Assembly: GCF_006345805.1 (NCBI RefSeq)
Contig: NC_043002.1
Location: forward strand, 37,200,001 to 37,264,000
Length of the DNA stretch: 64,000 nucleotides
Source: Octopus sinensis
Taxonomy: Eukaryota
Reading direction: 5' to 3'
Positions 13,690 to 24,895 of this stretch are shown here, piece by piece. Each line of letters begins with the position of its first letter. The first letter of the stretch is position 1. The position numbers and the translations under genes are program-made. The notes beneath the pieces were generated by a model. The model was not told the DNA's origin, did not search any database, and saw only the letters and a list, made by a program, of their open reading frames with translations.

Positions 13690-13845
13690 GAAGGCTTCTT
13701 TCAGTTTCTGTCTACCAAATCCACTCACAAGGCTTTGGTCGGCCTGAGGCTATAGCAGCAGACACTTGCCCAAGGTGCCACGCAGTGGGAATGAACCTGA
13801 AACCATGTGGCTGGTAAGCAAGCTCCTTACCACACAGCAACTCCT
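13385..13845 (-). mobile_element. Family A SINE, full length
   Basis: Reverse complement of the family A consensus with an internal (TA)n. Other near-complete copies lie at 15735-16170(+), 27975-28460(+), 29849-30285(-), 52515-52933(-), 55300-55648(-), 57000-57438(-), 59608-59890(+) and 60362-60787(-). Confidence 0.85.
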
Positions 13846-13927
13846 TTCCTGACATTTTTTCCTTCAGTTGACTTTATGTGAATTATCATAATGCACTGCT
13901 TTACACACATGCATGCATGCACACACG

Positions 13928-14014
<87 letters not shown>

Positions 14015-15074
14015 TTGTGGACACACATACACATACTTACAGATACGTCCACGTGCAGACATACATACATGCAGGTACACACTTGTGATGTTGCATGGAT
14101 TTTGACCACTTTGTGCAGAAGCCAATCTGGCCACCACCTTCTTTAAACATACCTTTGTCTGCAGCAAATCCTATTACATAAACTGAGCAACCTGTACAGT
14201 CCACACACACTATGCACTCCCATGCAACACACTGGAACATACACATATATGTGTACATATGGCTATGAGAGAAGAGGCTTCACCACAGTACTGTTACAGT
14301 GGGCTCATACTCAAATACAATTATTGTAAAATCCACTTCCTAACTACACAGTCAAGCTTCTTACCATTTTCTTCTTGGAAATTTCATAATCTCTAAAACT
14401 CATAATCACAATCCAGTTAACAAATAAAGAGTGAAATAGTGCTTCTTCTGTTTAGCTACAAGCCAAACCAGCTTAAACAGATCTATAATTAAAAGTGTTC
14501 TAGCTGACATCATCCTATTTTATACTGAAACATGATGCAGCTTGTGTCCTTCATTTATTTTATAAGATGGCAGGGTGTGTGATATGAAAGATATTTGATT
14601 ACTATGTCTAGCAGTATGTGAGAATATGTAAATATGTAAAACCTTATTGAGGAGATGACAATAGACCAAAATGTCTGGTGTCTTGCTGTACTCAAGAAAA
14701 CCTGTCCTCCACAGCAGAAGTACTAATGCTCACCCTCCCCTGATGGAGAGAATTGGCCCTATGGGCCTGTGCCAGTGCCACATAAAAAGTGCTTGTGCTG
14801 GCCCAATATCAAAGCCCTTAAAATCACTTAGCAACACTCTAAAGTGGTGGATGTCAGGAAGGGGGCATCCAGCTGTAGAAGTCATGCCAAATCAGACTGG
14901 AACTTAATGCCACTCTCCTGCTTGCCAGCTCTGGTCAAACTGTCCAACCCATACCAGCATGGAAAACGGATGTTAAAGGATGATGATAATGATGGTGATG
15001 ATGATAGATGATATTAGTTGTTCAGTTTTTAAGATTGGAACACAATTTGAATAGGTGTGTTGCACTTGTAAAAA

Positions 15075-15467
15075 TATATTGTTTAATATACATCAAGTAG
15101 ATAAAATTGATGTCGAATATATATGAATGTATGTATATGTCTTTATATATAATAAATGAATAAAATTAATGTTACATATGTATAAATATGTTTTAGCTTA
15201 TAATCAATAGATTAAATTAATATTGCACATGTATAAATATGTTTTAGCATATAATGAATAGATTAAATTAATATTGCACAATTATGAATATATGTGTTTA
15301 TATATAATCAACAGATGAAATTAATGCTGCACCGTTGATAAATGAATGTTTTAGCATATAATGAATAGATGAAAGTAATGTTGCACATATATCTTAGCAT
15401 ATAATGTATAGATAGAATTAATATTGCATATGATTTCGTATTAACTAGAAAAAGTAATGTTGCACAT
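15075..15467 (+). repeat. ~51-bp minisatellite array (about 6-7 degenerate units)
   Basis: Unit ttaatattgcacatgtataaatatgttttagcatataatgaatagattaaa repeated in tandem. Confidence 0.8.
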
Positions 15468-15922
15468 TGCACGTGTGTATGTATATAAACTTATATATAT
15501 ATGTGTGTGTGTGTATATGTACATATATATGTGGAAAATATATATAAAAAGTGGAAGAGAAATGTCTTTGTTTCACATAGTTTGATATCTTTTTATTCAT
15601 TTACTTGTTTCAGTCATTTGACTGTGGCCATGCTGGAGCACCGCCTTTAGTCGAGCAAATCGACCCCAGGACTTATTCTTTGAACTTGGTGGAATTTGAA
15701 CCCAGAGCGTAATGGCAGATGAAATATTGCTAAGCATGGCTGTGTGGTAAGAAACTTGCTTCCCAACCACATAGTTCTGAGTTCAGTCCCACAGCATGGC
15801 ACATTAGGCAAGTGACTTCTACTATTGCCTCAGGCAGACCTAAATCTTGTCAGTGGATTTAGTAGATTGAAACTGAAAGAAGTCTGCCATATATATATAT
15901 ATATATATACACATATATATAA

Positions 15923-15964
<42 letters not shown>

Positions 15965-16533
15965 GTTTGTGTGTCTATGTTTCTCTCCTCACCATTGCTT
16001 GACAACTGATGTTGGTGTGTTTATGTCCCTGTAACTAAGTGGTTCGGCCAAAGAGACCGATACAATAAGTACTAGGCTTACAAAGAATAAGTCCTGGGGT
16101 CGATTTGTTCAACTAAAGGTAATGCTTCATCATGGCTGCAGTCAAATGACTAAAACAAGTGAAAGAATAAATGAATAAAAAAATACACACACACACACAC
16201 ACATATATATATATCATGTGATCACATGACCGACCAGGCTGTCAAATGTTGCTGCATATCACTGGTCACAATGCGCTTCGCATTGTGTTAACCTTCAAAT
16301 GATGCCACCCTGCTGGCTATGTGAGCAGACCAACAGAAGAAAGAGTGAGAGAAAGTTGCAGCAAAAGAGTACAGCAGGGATCACCACCACCACCTGCTGG
16401 GGCCTCGTGGAGCTTTAATCACTCACAACGCCTGGTTTGGGAATCGAAACCGCGATCCCACAACTGTGAGCCTGCTGCCCTAACCACTGGGGTATTGCAC
16501 CTCCACACACACACACACACACATATATGTATA

Positions 16534-16715
16534 TAGTAAATCCCTAAACAGAAGAACAAGCACAAAAAAATGAAAATGCGAGGACATGGTACATGTTAAG
16601 TATTAGTAGATGCTCAGGGAAAGAAAGAAAGATGGTTTAATGCTTCGAGCAATGCTCTTCTTCAGAAACAGAGGCAAGTCCAATAGAAAGGAAGACAGAG
16701 GAAGAAAATCACCAA
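16534..16715 (-). mobile_element. Short hammerhead-bearing element, subfamily 1-like
   Basis: Minus strand of 16635-16669 reads GUUU CUGAAGA A GAGC AUU GCUC GAAGC AUU AAAC. Confidence 0.6.
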
Positions 16716-17529
16716 TGATCCACATGTGGTTACATTTTGAAATGTATATATAACTTGAAATAATTGGTACTACAACTATTACAGAAATAACAACTTTCTC
16801 TTTCATACATTATCTCAAGAGTATGTGTGTTTGCAAAGATTAATCAAAAACGTTCTCACACACCAAGGCAAAAACTTCTTCCAAAAAGGTTAGTGACATT
16901 CTGGTAAAAGATTTCATAACATTTAAAAATAAATCCCCTTGATACCTAATAACTGTATCAAGTAATTCTCACAAAGACTTTCAAATATATATATATATAT
17001 ATATATATATACAAGCCACAGGAGTGGCTGTGTAGTAAGTAGCTTGCTTATCAACTACATGGTCCTGGGTTCAGTCCCACTGCGTGGCACATTGGACAAG
17101 TGTCTTTTACTAAAGCCTCAGCTGACCAAATCCTTGTGAGTGGATTTGGTGTGTTTACATCTCTGTAACTTAGCAGTTCAGCAAAAGAGACTGATAGAAT
17201 AAGTACTTACTTGGCTTACAAGAATAAATCCTGGCTGCAGTCAAATGTCAGATAAAAAAAAAAGAATAAATATATATGTATAAATATAAATATATATATA
17301 TATATATTATATATATATAATGAAAATAAGCAACAAGGGTTTCCAGATGTAATGCTGTATGATTGTTTCATGCGATTCCATTTAATTGAACAATGCAAAC
17401 ATTACATCAATTTAAAATGTAGAGCATTTTAAATTATGTGGATAATACCATACTAAATTCTGGTGCCTTCAACTTAAGTACCATATTCATCTGAATCTAA
17501 ATTTTACTAGACTTATATATATATATATA

Positions 17530-17762
17530 TATTTCTTTACTACCCACAAGGGGCTAAACACAGAGGAGACAAACACGGACAGACAAAGGGATTAAGTCGA
17601 TTACATCGACCCCAGTGCATAACTGGTACTTAATTTATCGACCCCAGAAGGATGAAAGGCAAAGTTGACCTCGGCGGAATTTGAACTCAGAACGTAACGG
17701 CAGACGAAATACGGCAATGCATTTCGCCCGGCGTGCTAACATTTCTGCCAGCTCGCCACCTT
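17530..17762 (-). mobile_element. Meta-like SINE inserted in a (TA)n tract
   Basis: Near-consensus reverse-complement copy flanked by TA repeats. Confidence 0.85.
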
Positions 17763-17816
17763 ATATATATGTATGTATATATATATATATTATATATATA
17801 TATATATATATATGTA

Positions 17817-17863
<47 letters not shown>

Positions 17864-17904
17864 ATATATATATATAATATATATATATTATATATATGTA
17901 TTAG

Positions 17905-18075
17905 TGTATAATGGATAGATGAAATTCATGTTGCATATGTATAATTAATATGTTTCAGTATATACAATGAGTAGATAAAATTAACATTTTACATGTATAA
18001 ATATGTTTCCTTATATATAATGAATTGATTAAAACTAATGTTGCACATGTGTAAATATACATATTTTAGCATTTT
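17905..18075 (+). repeat. Second array of the ~51-bp minisatellite
   Basis: Units tagatgaaattcatgttgcatatgtataa.. / ttaacattttacatgtataaatatgttt.. / ctaatgttgcacatgtgtaaata resemble the 15.1-15.5 kb array. Confidence 0.7.
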
Positions 18076-19951
18076 ATACACAGTTGTGATGAATGTTGCT
18101 AGCTGTATCAAATGTGATTTTTCTGTTGTTGTTACAGTCACTCAGCCACTTGTCCTAATCAACCCTAATGAAATAGACTGTTGATCTGCCCCCACTCTGA
18201 TGCACAAACCATGATTTCTGGTCATCTTTTTTTTTCAGTTATGGCATGATTTGAGGGGTATTTGACTGTTGTTTCTAGAAGGTTGATTTGCTTGTTAGCG
18301 TTCACTTGGCTCTGTTTTTTATTGAAGGAACTTGTGATTAATCAAAGACTTACCATTATATGGTAATGCTAACTGTTGTTATTGGTTTAACGATTCTGAT
18401 GCTGATGATAATGTGGAGGAGGAGAATGTCGGTGATGATGACAACATCGACAACAAAGGTCGTGATGAGGATGATGATGATGATAATGATGATATGGAGT
18501 ATGATGGCGATGATGCTGTAGTAGTTATAGTAATGATTCTGACAGTATTGTTGATAATACTGACATAGAGGTTGTGGGAAGTTGGAAATTCAATTTTTAA
18601 TTGAATATTTACAACCTAATAGAATTATGCTTGCAGCATATCTTGGAATCTTACAAACAGTAGTCTTCAAGCTGGTAAACATGTAAAAGCATAAAAAAAA
18701 ACAAAAAGAAAAGATTTCCATCATGAAGGAGAATTACTCTATACCACTGATGACTGAAAGCCTGATATTAATGTTTTGGGCAATGGAATGCTTCATATTT
18801 TCCTCGGGTTGAATAAGAATTTTGTATCTTATGATTTCTCTTTTATCAAAATAAAAAAAACTAAAACTTAAACACAAAACATTTTTGCTTTTTTGGTGAC
18901 AATGTTAAATGTCAAGTAATTATACCTGCTTCAGTTATATGAGAAGTGAATAAATATTAATTAAAATAAGTTCATATTTTGCCAGTAGACAACTAAGATA
19001 TTCAATTCTTCTATCACACTCAATTTATGATATATTTTTACTCTACCTACCAAATTTCAGAATAACTCCTCAACATTGCCTTCATTTAATTTTACATTAA
19101 TTCAAATTTTAAAGTTCTCTCCCTTTACTTCCATTGACAGTTTTGTCATTAATGCTTATGATATTTTCTTTTCATTATGGGTGTTATATCAGTTGATTTA
19201 AAATTCTTTTTGGTTCACTACTTTAAGTATGCTAGCCTACACTTAACTGTATGTTCTTCATACTGAAGGCATTCCTGGGAAATTTTCTAATGTCAGTATT
19301 TGCATTAGTCAACTAAACTAGAAAATTGTTAAGTATAGGATTCAAATGATTAAGGTTTTGCATTGGGAATAACTGCTAACCATAAACCATCCACTAAAAT
19401 CACCAATAAACTTTCTGTTTTACTTTTTATTTATTTTCTTTTTATTTCATTTGATTTTAATCTTTGTATTATCTGAAGGATAGTAATGTAAATCAGGTGA
19501 CACCATATTGATTTTTGGAGTCGATGTTTGCGTCCATTCTCTCTCACTCTTTTACTGATTCCATCATTCAAGGATGTAGCCATGCTGTGAGAACATAGCT
19601 GTTAATAAACAAATCCAGTTCACTAGGATAATCCTGGCTCCAACTGTGCTGCAGTTTGATTTTCCGCAAGAGTAACGAAAGGATGATTGTTCAAATTTAC
19701 ATATTTACAGGATTTGTTTGAGCAGGCATTTTATTGTTAGAAGCTTTGCAAAATGTTAACTCTTCAACTAACCATGTTGATAATAAATTTTTGAATTCCA
19801 AACCTAATGCATTATTATTATTCTTTTTTTTTGCACCTAAAACTCTTAGGTAACATGCAGTTATACTATGTAAGGCTTAATATTGAATTGAATTGGAAAG
19901 CGAAAGACATAATAGTAGAATTATTGAGAGAGGTGCTTTTGTTCAACTTAC

Positions 19952-20049
19952 TTGGAATACGGTTGATTGCTCGAAGTGGCCGCAATACTCGTATAGTTCT
20001 GATTGCAGATATACTGAGGTTTTCTGTGTCTACTGCATATTCCACTGAA
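19952..20049 (-). CDS. Cav3: Internal coding exon of a T-type voltage-gated calcium channel alpha-1 subunit (Cav3, CACNA1G/H/I-like), domain I S3-S4
   Basis: Minus strand reads t|[32 protein letters not shown]|a. The [19 protein letters not shown]4 motif is Cav3-type, unlike the Cav1/2 or Nav S4. It is flanked by a U-rich acceptor (catttatttttgcttaatttcag) and a GTAAGT donor. Length 98 bp and phases 2/1 match, from my recall, exon 4 of vertebrate Cav3 genes. Confidence 0.95.
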
Positions 20050-20520
20050 CTGAAATTAAGCAAAAATAAATGTTTGTCAATAAAGCTCATGAAATGGTTT
20101 GAATTTTCAAAATTGTACATAACAAAAAAGAAAAAAAGTGCGCTAATTGAGCACTGCAAAAGAAAAAAAGAAGGTTGTTTTGATGAAAATCTAAAACAAA
20201 AAAATATTTCTGAACTGTGAAGTTCACTTCTGAACCATGTGGTTTGCAGTTCAGTGCCCCTGGATGAATGTTGTTGCTTAGCATTCTATACTATAGTTGC
20301 AGGTTGACCAATACTTTGAGATGGAATCTGGTACCAGATACTGAAAAAGCCTGTAGTGCATGTGCATGTTGTGTTGTGTGTGTGTGTGCATAGATACATG
20401 TACATATGTATATACATATACATGCAGGTGGCGCCTTGAGCAAGTGTCTTCTATTATAGTCTCTGGCCGACCAAAGCCTTGTGAGTGGATTTGGTAGATG
20501 GAAACTAGAAGAAGCCCATC

Positions 20521-20555
<35 letters not shown>

Positions 20556-20797
20556 ATATATATATATTATATATATATGGTTTGTGTGTGTGTGTGTGTG
20601 TACTTGTTGGTGTGTTTATGTCCCCGTAACTTAGTGGTTCAGCAAAAGAGGCTGATAAAATAAGTACTACTCACCTCTCCTGTAGCCTTTGACTTTTCTA
20701 TCCCAAAGAGATTTTCAAACCGATATTTACATGCTATTCTTTATAGCTTTATGTGATTTGAAATCCACTGTTCCAAACACGAATTATATATACAGGT

Positions 20798-21290
20798 GCA
20801 GGAGTGGCTGTATGGGAAGAAGTTTACTTCCCAACTACATTGTTCCAGGTTCAGTCCCACTGCATGGCACTTTGGGCAAGTGTCTTCTACTGTAGCCTCG
20901 GGCCGACCAAAGCTTTGTGAGTGGATTTGATAGATGGAAACTGAAAGATGTCTGTATTATATATATATATATATAGTTAATCTAAACAAGAAAACAAAAA
21001 CAGAAAAACAACAACGCAAGTACGTGGAACAAATAAAGTATTATTGGACGCTCAGGAAAGAAAGGAAGAAAGAGGGTTTGACGTTTCGAGCGGAGCTCTT
21101 CGTTGGAAACATAGGAAAAGGAAAGATCCCGAGAAGGGAAGACAGGGGAAAAAAATCGCTAGTGGTGTGCCTGTGTTTGTCTCCCCACTGTTGCTTCACA
21201 ACTGGTGTTGGTGTGTTTACGTCCCTGTAACTTAGCAGTTTGGCAAAAGAAACTGATAAAATAAATACTAGGCTTACAAAGAATAAATCC
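20798..21290 (+). mobile_element. Family A SINE interrupted by an antisense hammerhead-bearing element
   Basis: Head at 20798-20950, (TA)n, insert at 20974-21162, and the SINE 3' half resuming at ~21165. Confidence 0.8.
20974..21162 (-). mobile_element. Short hammerhead-bearing element, subfamily 1
   Basis: Minus strand of 21076-21110 reads GUUU CCAACGA A GAGC UCC GCUC GAAAC GUC AAAC. Confidence 0.65.
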
Positions 21291-22541
21291 AGGACAGACA
21301 AAGGGATTAAGTTGATTACATCGACCCTAGTGTGTAACTGGTACATATTTAATCGACTCTGAAAGGATGAAAGGCAAAGTCAACCTATGCAGGATTTGGA
21401 CTCAGAATGTAATGTCAGACGAAATACTGCTAAGTCTTTTGTTTGGTGTGCTAATGATTATGCCTGCTTACCGCCCTCATGGGGAAATATTACTATGCTT
21501 GGAAACAGGTGACTATTAGTGACGAAAAGAGCATCTGGCTGTAGAAAATCTGCCTTAACAAATTCCGTCTGACCCATGTAAGATGGGAAAAGTGGGCATT
21601 AAATGACAATGGCAATAACAACAATGATGAAATGACGACGACAGTAATAGTCATGGTGACAATGATGACAACGATGACGCCAATGATGGTGATGATGGTG
21701 ATGATGATGATGATGTAATGTCCATTTTGGCGCAAGATAAACAGGGATTACATGACAGATGATAGCAGACACTACTGATTTACATTGCTTGAAGTAATTA
21801 CACCATTAACAGTCACTTTATATCTTTTGTTTCCAGCCATGTGATGTGTATGGTAGATCTAGGGGCCGATCAAGCAAATTGTGGTTCAGGAATGTAATCA
21901 TTGCTTACTTTCCACATAAATAAACATATATCAGATTCCACAATTCTATATTGACCACTTTTATGTCTTGGTGCATACACACACACTCTTTCTCTCTCTC
22001 ACACACACAAATGCATATATATATATATATATATATCACACACACACACAAACATATATATATATATATATTTACATATACATATTTACATATACGCATA
22101 TAAATATTTATACATATATATACACACACACAAACATATATATATATATACATACAAACACACACACATGTGCATATATATATATGTATACACACACACC
22201 ACACACACACACAAATACACATAAACACACACGCGCGCATGCACACCGTACATATGTATTTATACTGAAAGAATTAGATTGCCATGATTTTGTTTAAGTA
22301 GCATAGAAAATAGTGTTTTGGTTGATAGGTTAGTTACATAATTCTTTCATGCTGATTTGAGACTTCAAAACACAATTTGGGTTGATATATTTCTTGTGTT
22401 AAATATACATCAATTGTTAGGCTTGATTAAATAAGTAGACTGTTAGTGAAAACTTCCAAACCGCAAACACTTAGATGATGCACAATTGACATAACATTGT
22501 AAAGCACTCAATGCATATATACATACCAAACACAAATATAC

Positions 22542-22578
<37 letters not shown>

Positions 22579-23359
22579 TATTTGTCTTTATACAAATATA
22601 TATATATATATATATGCACGTACAAACATGTTTATATCTCATGTGATATAACAACTAGAGCTTAATATATTGTGTATATGACAAAGAAGTATTAAATGTC
22701 AGATAAAAGATATACATACAAAGTATGGATTATTGTTATATAACAGGAAGTGACCTTAAGGAACCCTTTCTGTATTATTTCAAAGTTTAACATCATCATA
22801 TTCAATACTGAGTGCCAAGAAAAAAATACACTAAATTGACTCAAAAATTCTAAATGTTTTCTGTCTTTTTGTGTGTGTCCGTGCATGTGTTGTCAACTTT
22901 CTTCTCTCTCTCACTTTCTGCTTGCACACGCACATACATGCATACACATAACATACAAAGTGTTTTACATGCAATTTTCCATATCAGCAAATTTAGAAAT
23001 TTTCCTTATAGCTGAAGCAATTACTTTTGTTAGTTTTACTACATCCACCTACTTTTGGCAGCTAAACCATCTTACTACTTCTACCTACTTTTGGCAGTTA
23101 AATGATTTGCTACATGTGCCTACATATTCCAGCTAGATATTCTTGCTTCCACCTTCTACATTTGGTTGCAAGCTGTTATGATTTTTTTAAAAGATTCTCA
23201 TTTCTTCTAGCAGTTAGGTGTTCTTACCATGCATCATACCTTATTAAGCGAGATGTATATACTTGCTACAACTCTCTTCCTCTCTATAGCTGTTAGAATC
23301 TCCTACTGTCACTAACTGCTTTGACAATTAGCTATTTTATGCTGCCACAGCCTGCTTAA

Positions 23360-23582
23360 CCCTTTCATTACCAGCCCGGCCGAAATCGCCTCTAGCTCTG
23401 TAGTACAAATGTCTTGTTTTCAAAAGTTCTTAAAAAAAAATTTTCCACCAAACCTTAGTCACAATTTATGTTCCTAACAGTAGCTTAATGATAATTAAGT
23501 TATTTTACTAAATTGTTTGTTATATTTAAAATAAAATGAAAGAAATACAGAGCATCTCAAAATAAATACGGTAATGAAAGAG
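23360..23582. mobile_element. TTAA-flanked MITE (piggyBac-like ends)
   Basis: TTAA|ccctttcattacc ... ggtaatgaaagag|TTAA; the 13-bp TIRs match at 12/13. Confidence 0.75.
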
Positions 23583-24124
23583 TTAACAGAGAAATAGGGA
23601 TAGAGTATATTATCAGAAAGGCTTAGGCAGTTTCAGGTATGTGCTTTCTACATGGATGTAATGGTATTAAAACAGATAAACACAGTCATCAGCATACTCA
23701 TATATATGTAGGCAGAGAAGCCAAGCAAAATACAAACCATTGTGCAAGTTAATGAAGGAACTTAATGAAGGATATACATAGTTACAAGACAAGCTAGAAG
23801 CTGTAACTAAATCTCCCACAAATCATATTCCACTTTTTAAAGTAAAGAAAACCTTGGCTGTGTTCAAGGTTCACTATACATTGGAAAATGATGCAATGAT
23901 CATGGCTGGAATGCATTTAAGCAGAGGTCTTTTGGATTAAGGCTGGAATGGGTCTGCTCTAAAACAACAAGAAAAGCGATAGGATTTTGATACAATGTAC
24001 TATAGAATTTAATGGAATCATCCCAAATATTTAAATATTTTGTTATTGTATGTTATTTCATCTTGCTAAGGAAAGTGTTGGTTTGCTCAAACAGATATTT
24101 CTGTATTTGATATTTGTATTTTTT

Positions 24125-24470
24125 AAGGTGGCGAGCTGGCAGAAATGCTAACATGCTAGACAAAACGCTTAGCGGTATTTTGTCTGTCTTTATGTTCTGA
24201 TTTCAAATTCTCTTGAGGCTGATTTTGCCTTTCATCCTTTTGGGGCTGATAAATTTAGTACCAGTTGTGTACTGGAGTCGATCTAATTGACTGGCCCCCT
24301 CCCCCAAAATTTGGAGCCATGTGCCTAGAGTAGAAAAGAATATTTATATCTTTTAGGGTAGTGAACTGGCAGAATCGTTAGCATGCCAGGCAAGATGTGT
24401 AGCAGTATTTCATCTGTCATTACATTTTGAGTCTACTGAAGTTGACTTTGCCTTTTCATCCTTTCAGGGT
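24125..24470 (+). mobile_element. Two adjacent Meta-like SINE copies (second truncated)
   Basis: aaggtggcgagctggcagaaatgc... ending in ctagagtagaaaagaata, then ggtagtgaactggcagaatcgttagc... cut off at ~24470. Confidence 0.75.
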
Positions 24471-24475
24471 CAAAA

Positions 24476-24870
24476 GGTATTGTGCATTGAGAATTCATCC
24501 CCCAGGGCAAAACTACCAACCAAGTGTTCTACTGTGATGTTTCGAAACATTTGAGGGACGACCTTCTGCGAAAGTCACTGGACGATGACAATGCTGCACT
24601 CTGTCACTGAGCACTGCTAACTCTTGAGTTTTTACCCAAAACAACAAAATATCACTTCCCCCCTCCCCAATTTGCCATATTTAGCACCTGCAGACTTTCA
24701 TCTTTTCCTCAAAGGTCACTGCTTTAACACTTTTGTTGAGATTCAGACCAAATCACAAAAGGTACTCGACTCGCTTACAGAAAACAACTTCTAGGCTGGA
24801 TTCCAAAAGTGACAGGAACACTGACACTGGTGTATAGCTGTACAAGGGGACAGTTTTGAAGGGGATCATG
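24476..24870 (+). mobile_element. Mariner transposase remnant (catalytic C-terminal half)
   Basis: Translates with disablements as GIVH*EFIPQGKTTNQVFY...DDDNAA...YLAPADFHLF...KGHCFNTFVEIQTKSQKVLDSLTENNF...CIAVQGDSFEGD, matching mariner HDNA / YSPDLAP.D / G.YFEG motifs. Confidence 0.85.
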
Positions 24871-24895
24871 TTAAAACTTGGGTAAATAGGTTGCT

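Noticed and set aside
19866-20159. Treating the whole 97-aa minus ORF as a gene
   Set aside because: Only the 98 bp between the splice sites resembles Cav3; the rest is intronic read-through.
19807-20220. 137-aa plus-strand ORF over the exon
   Set aside because: Antisense shadow of the Cav3 exon plus AT-rich intron, with no protein features.
20660-20790. GTGAGT donor-like site on the minus strand near 20670 as a possible upstream Cav3 exon
   Set aside because: The upstream sequence does not encode the expected WNRLD/FIV motif.
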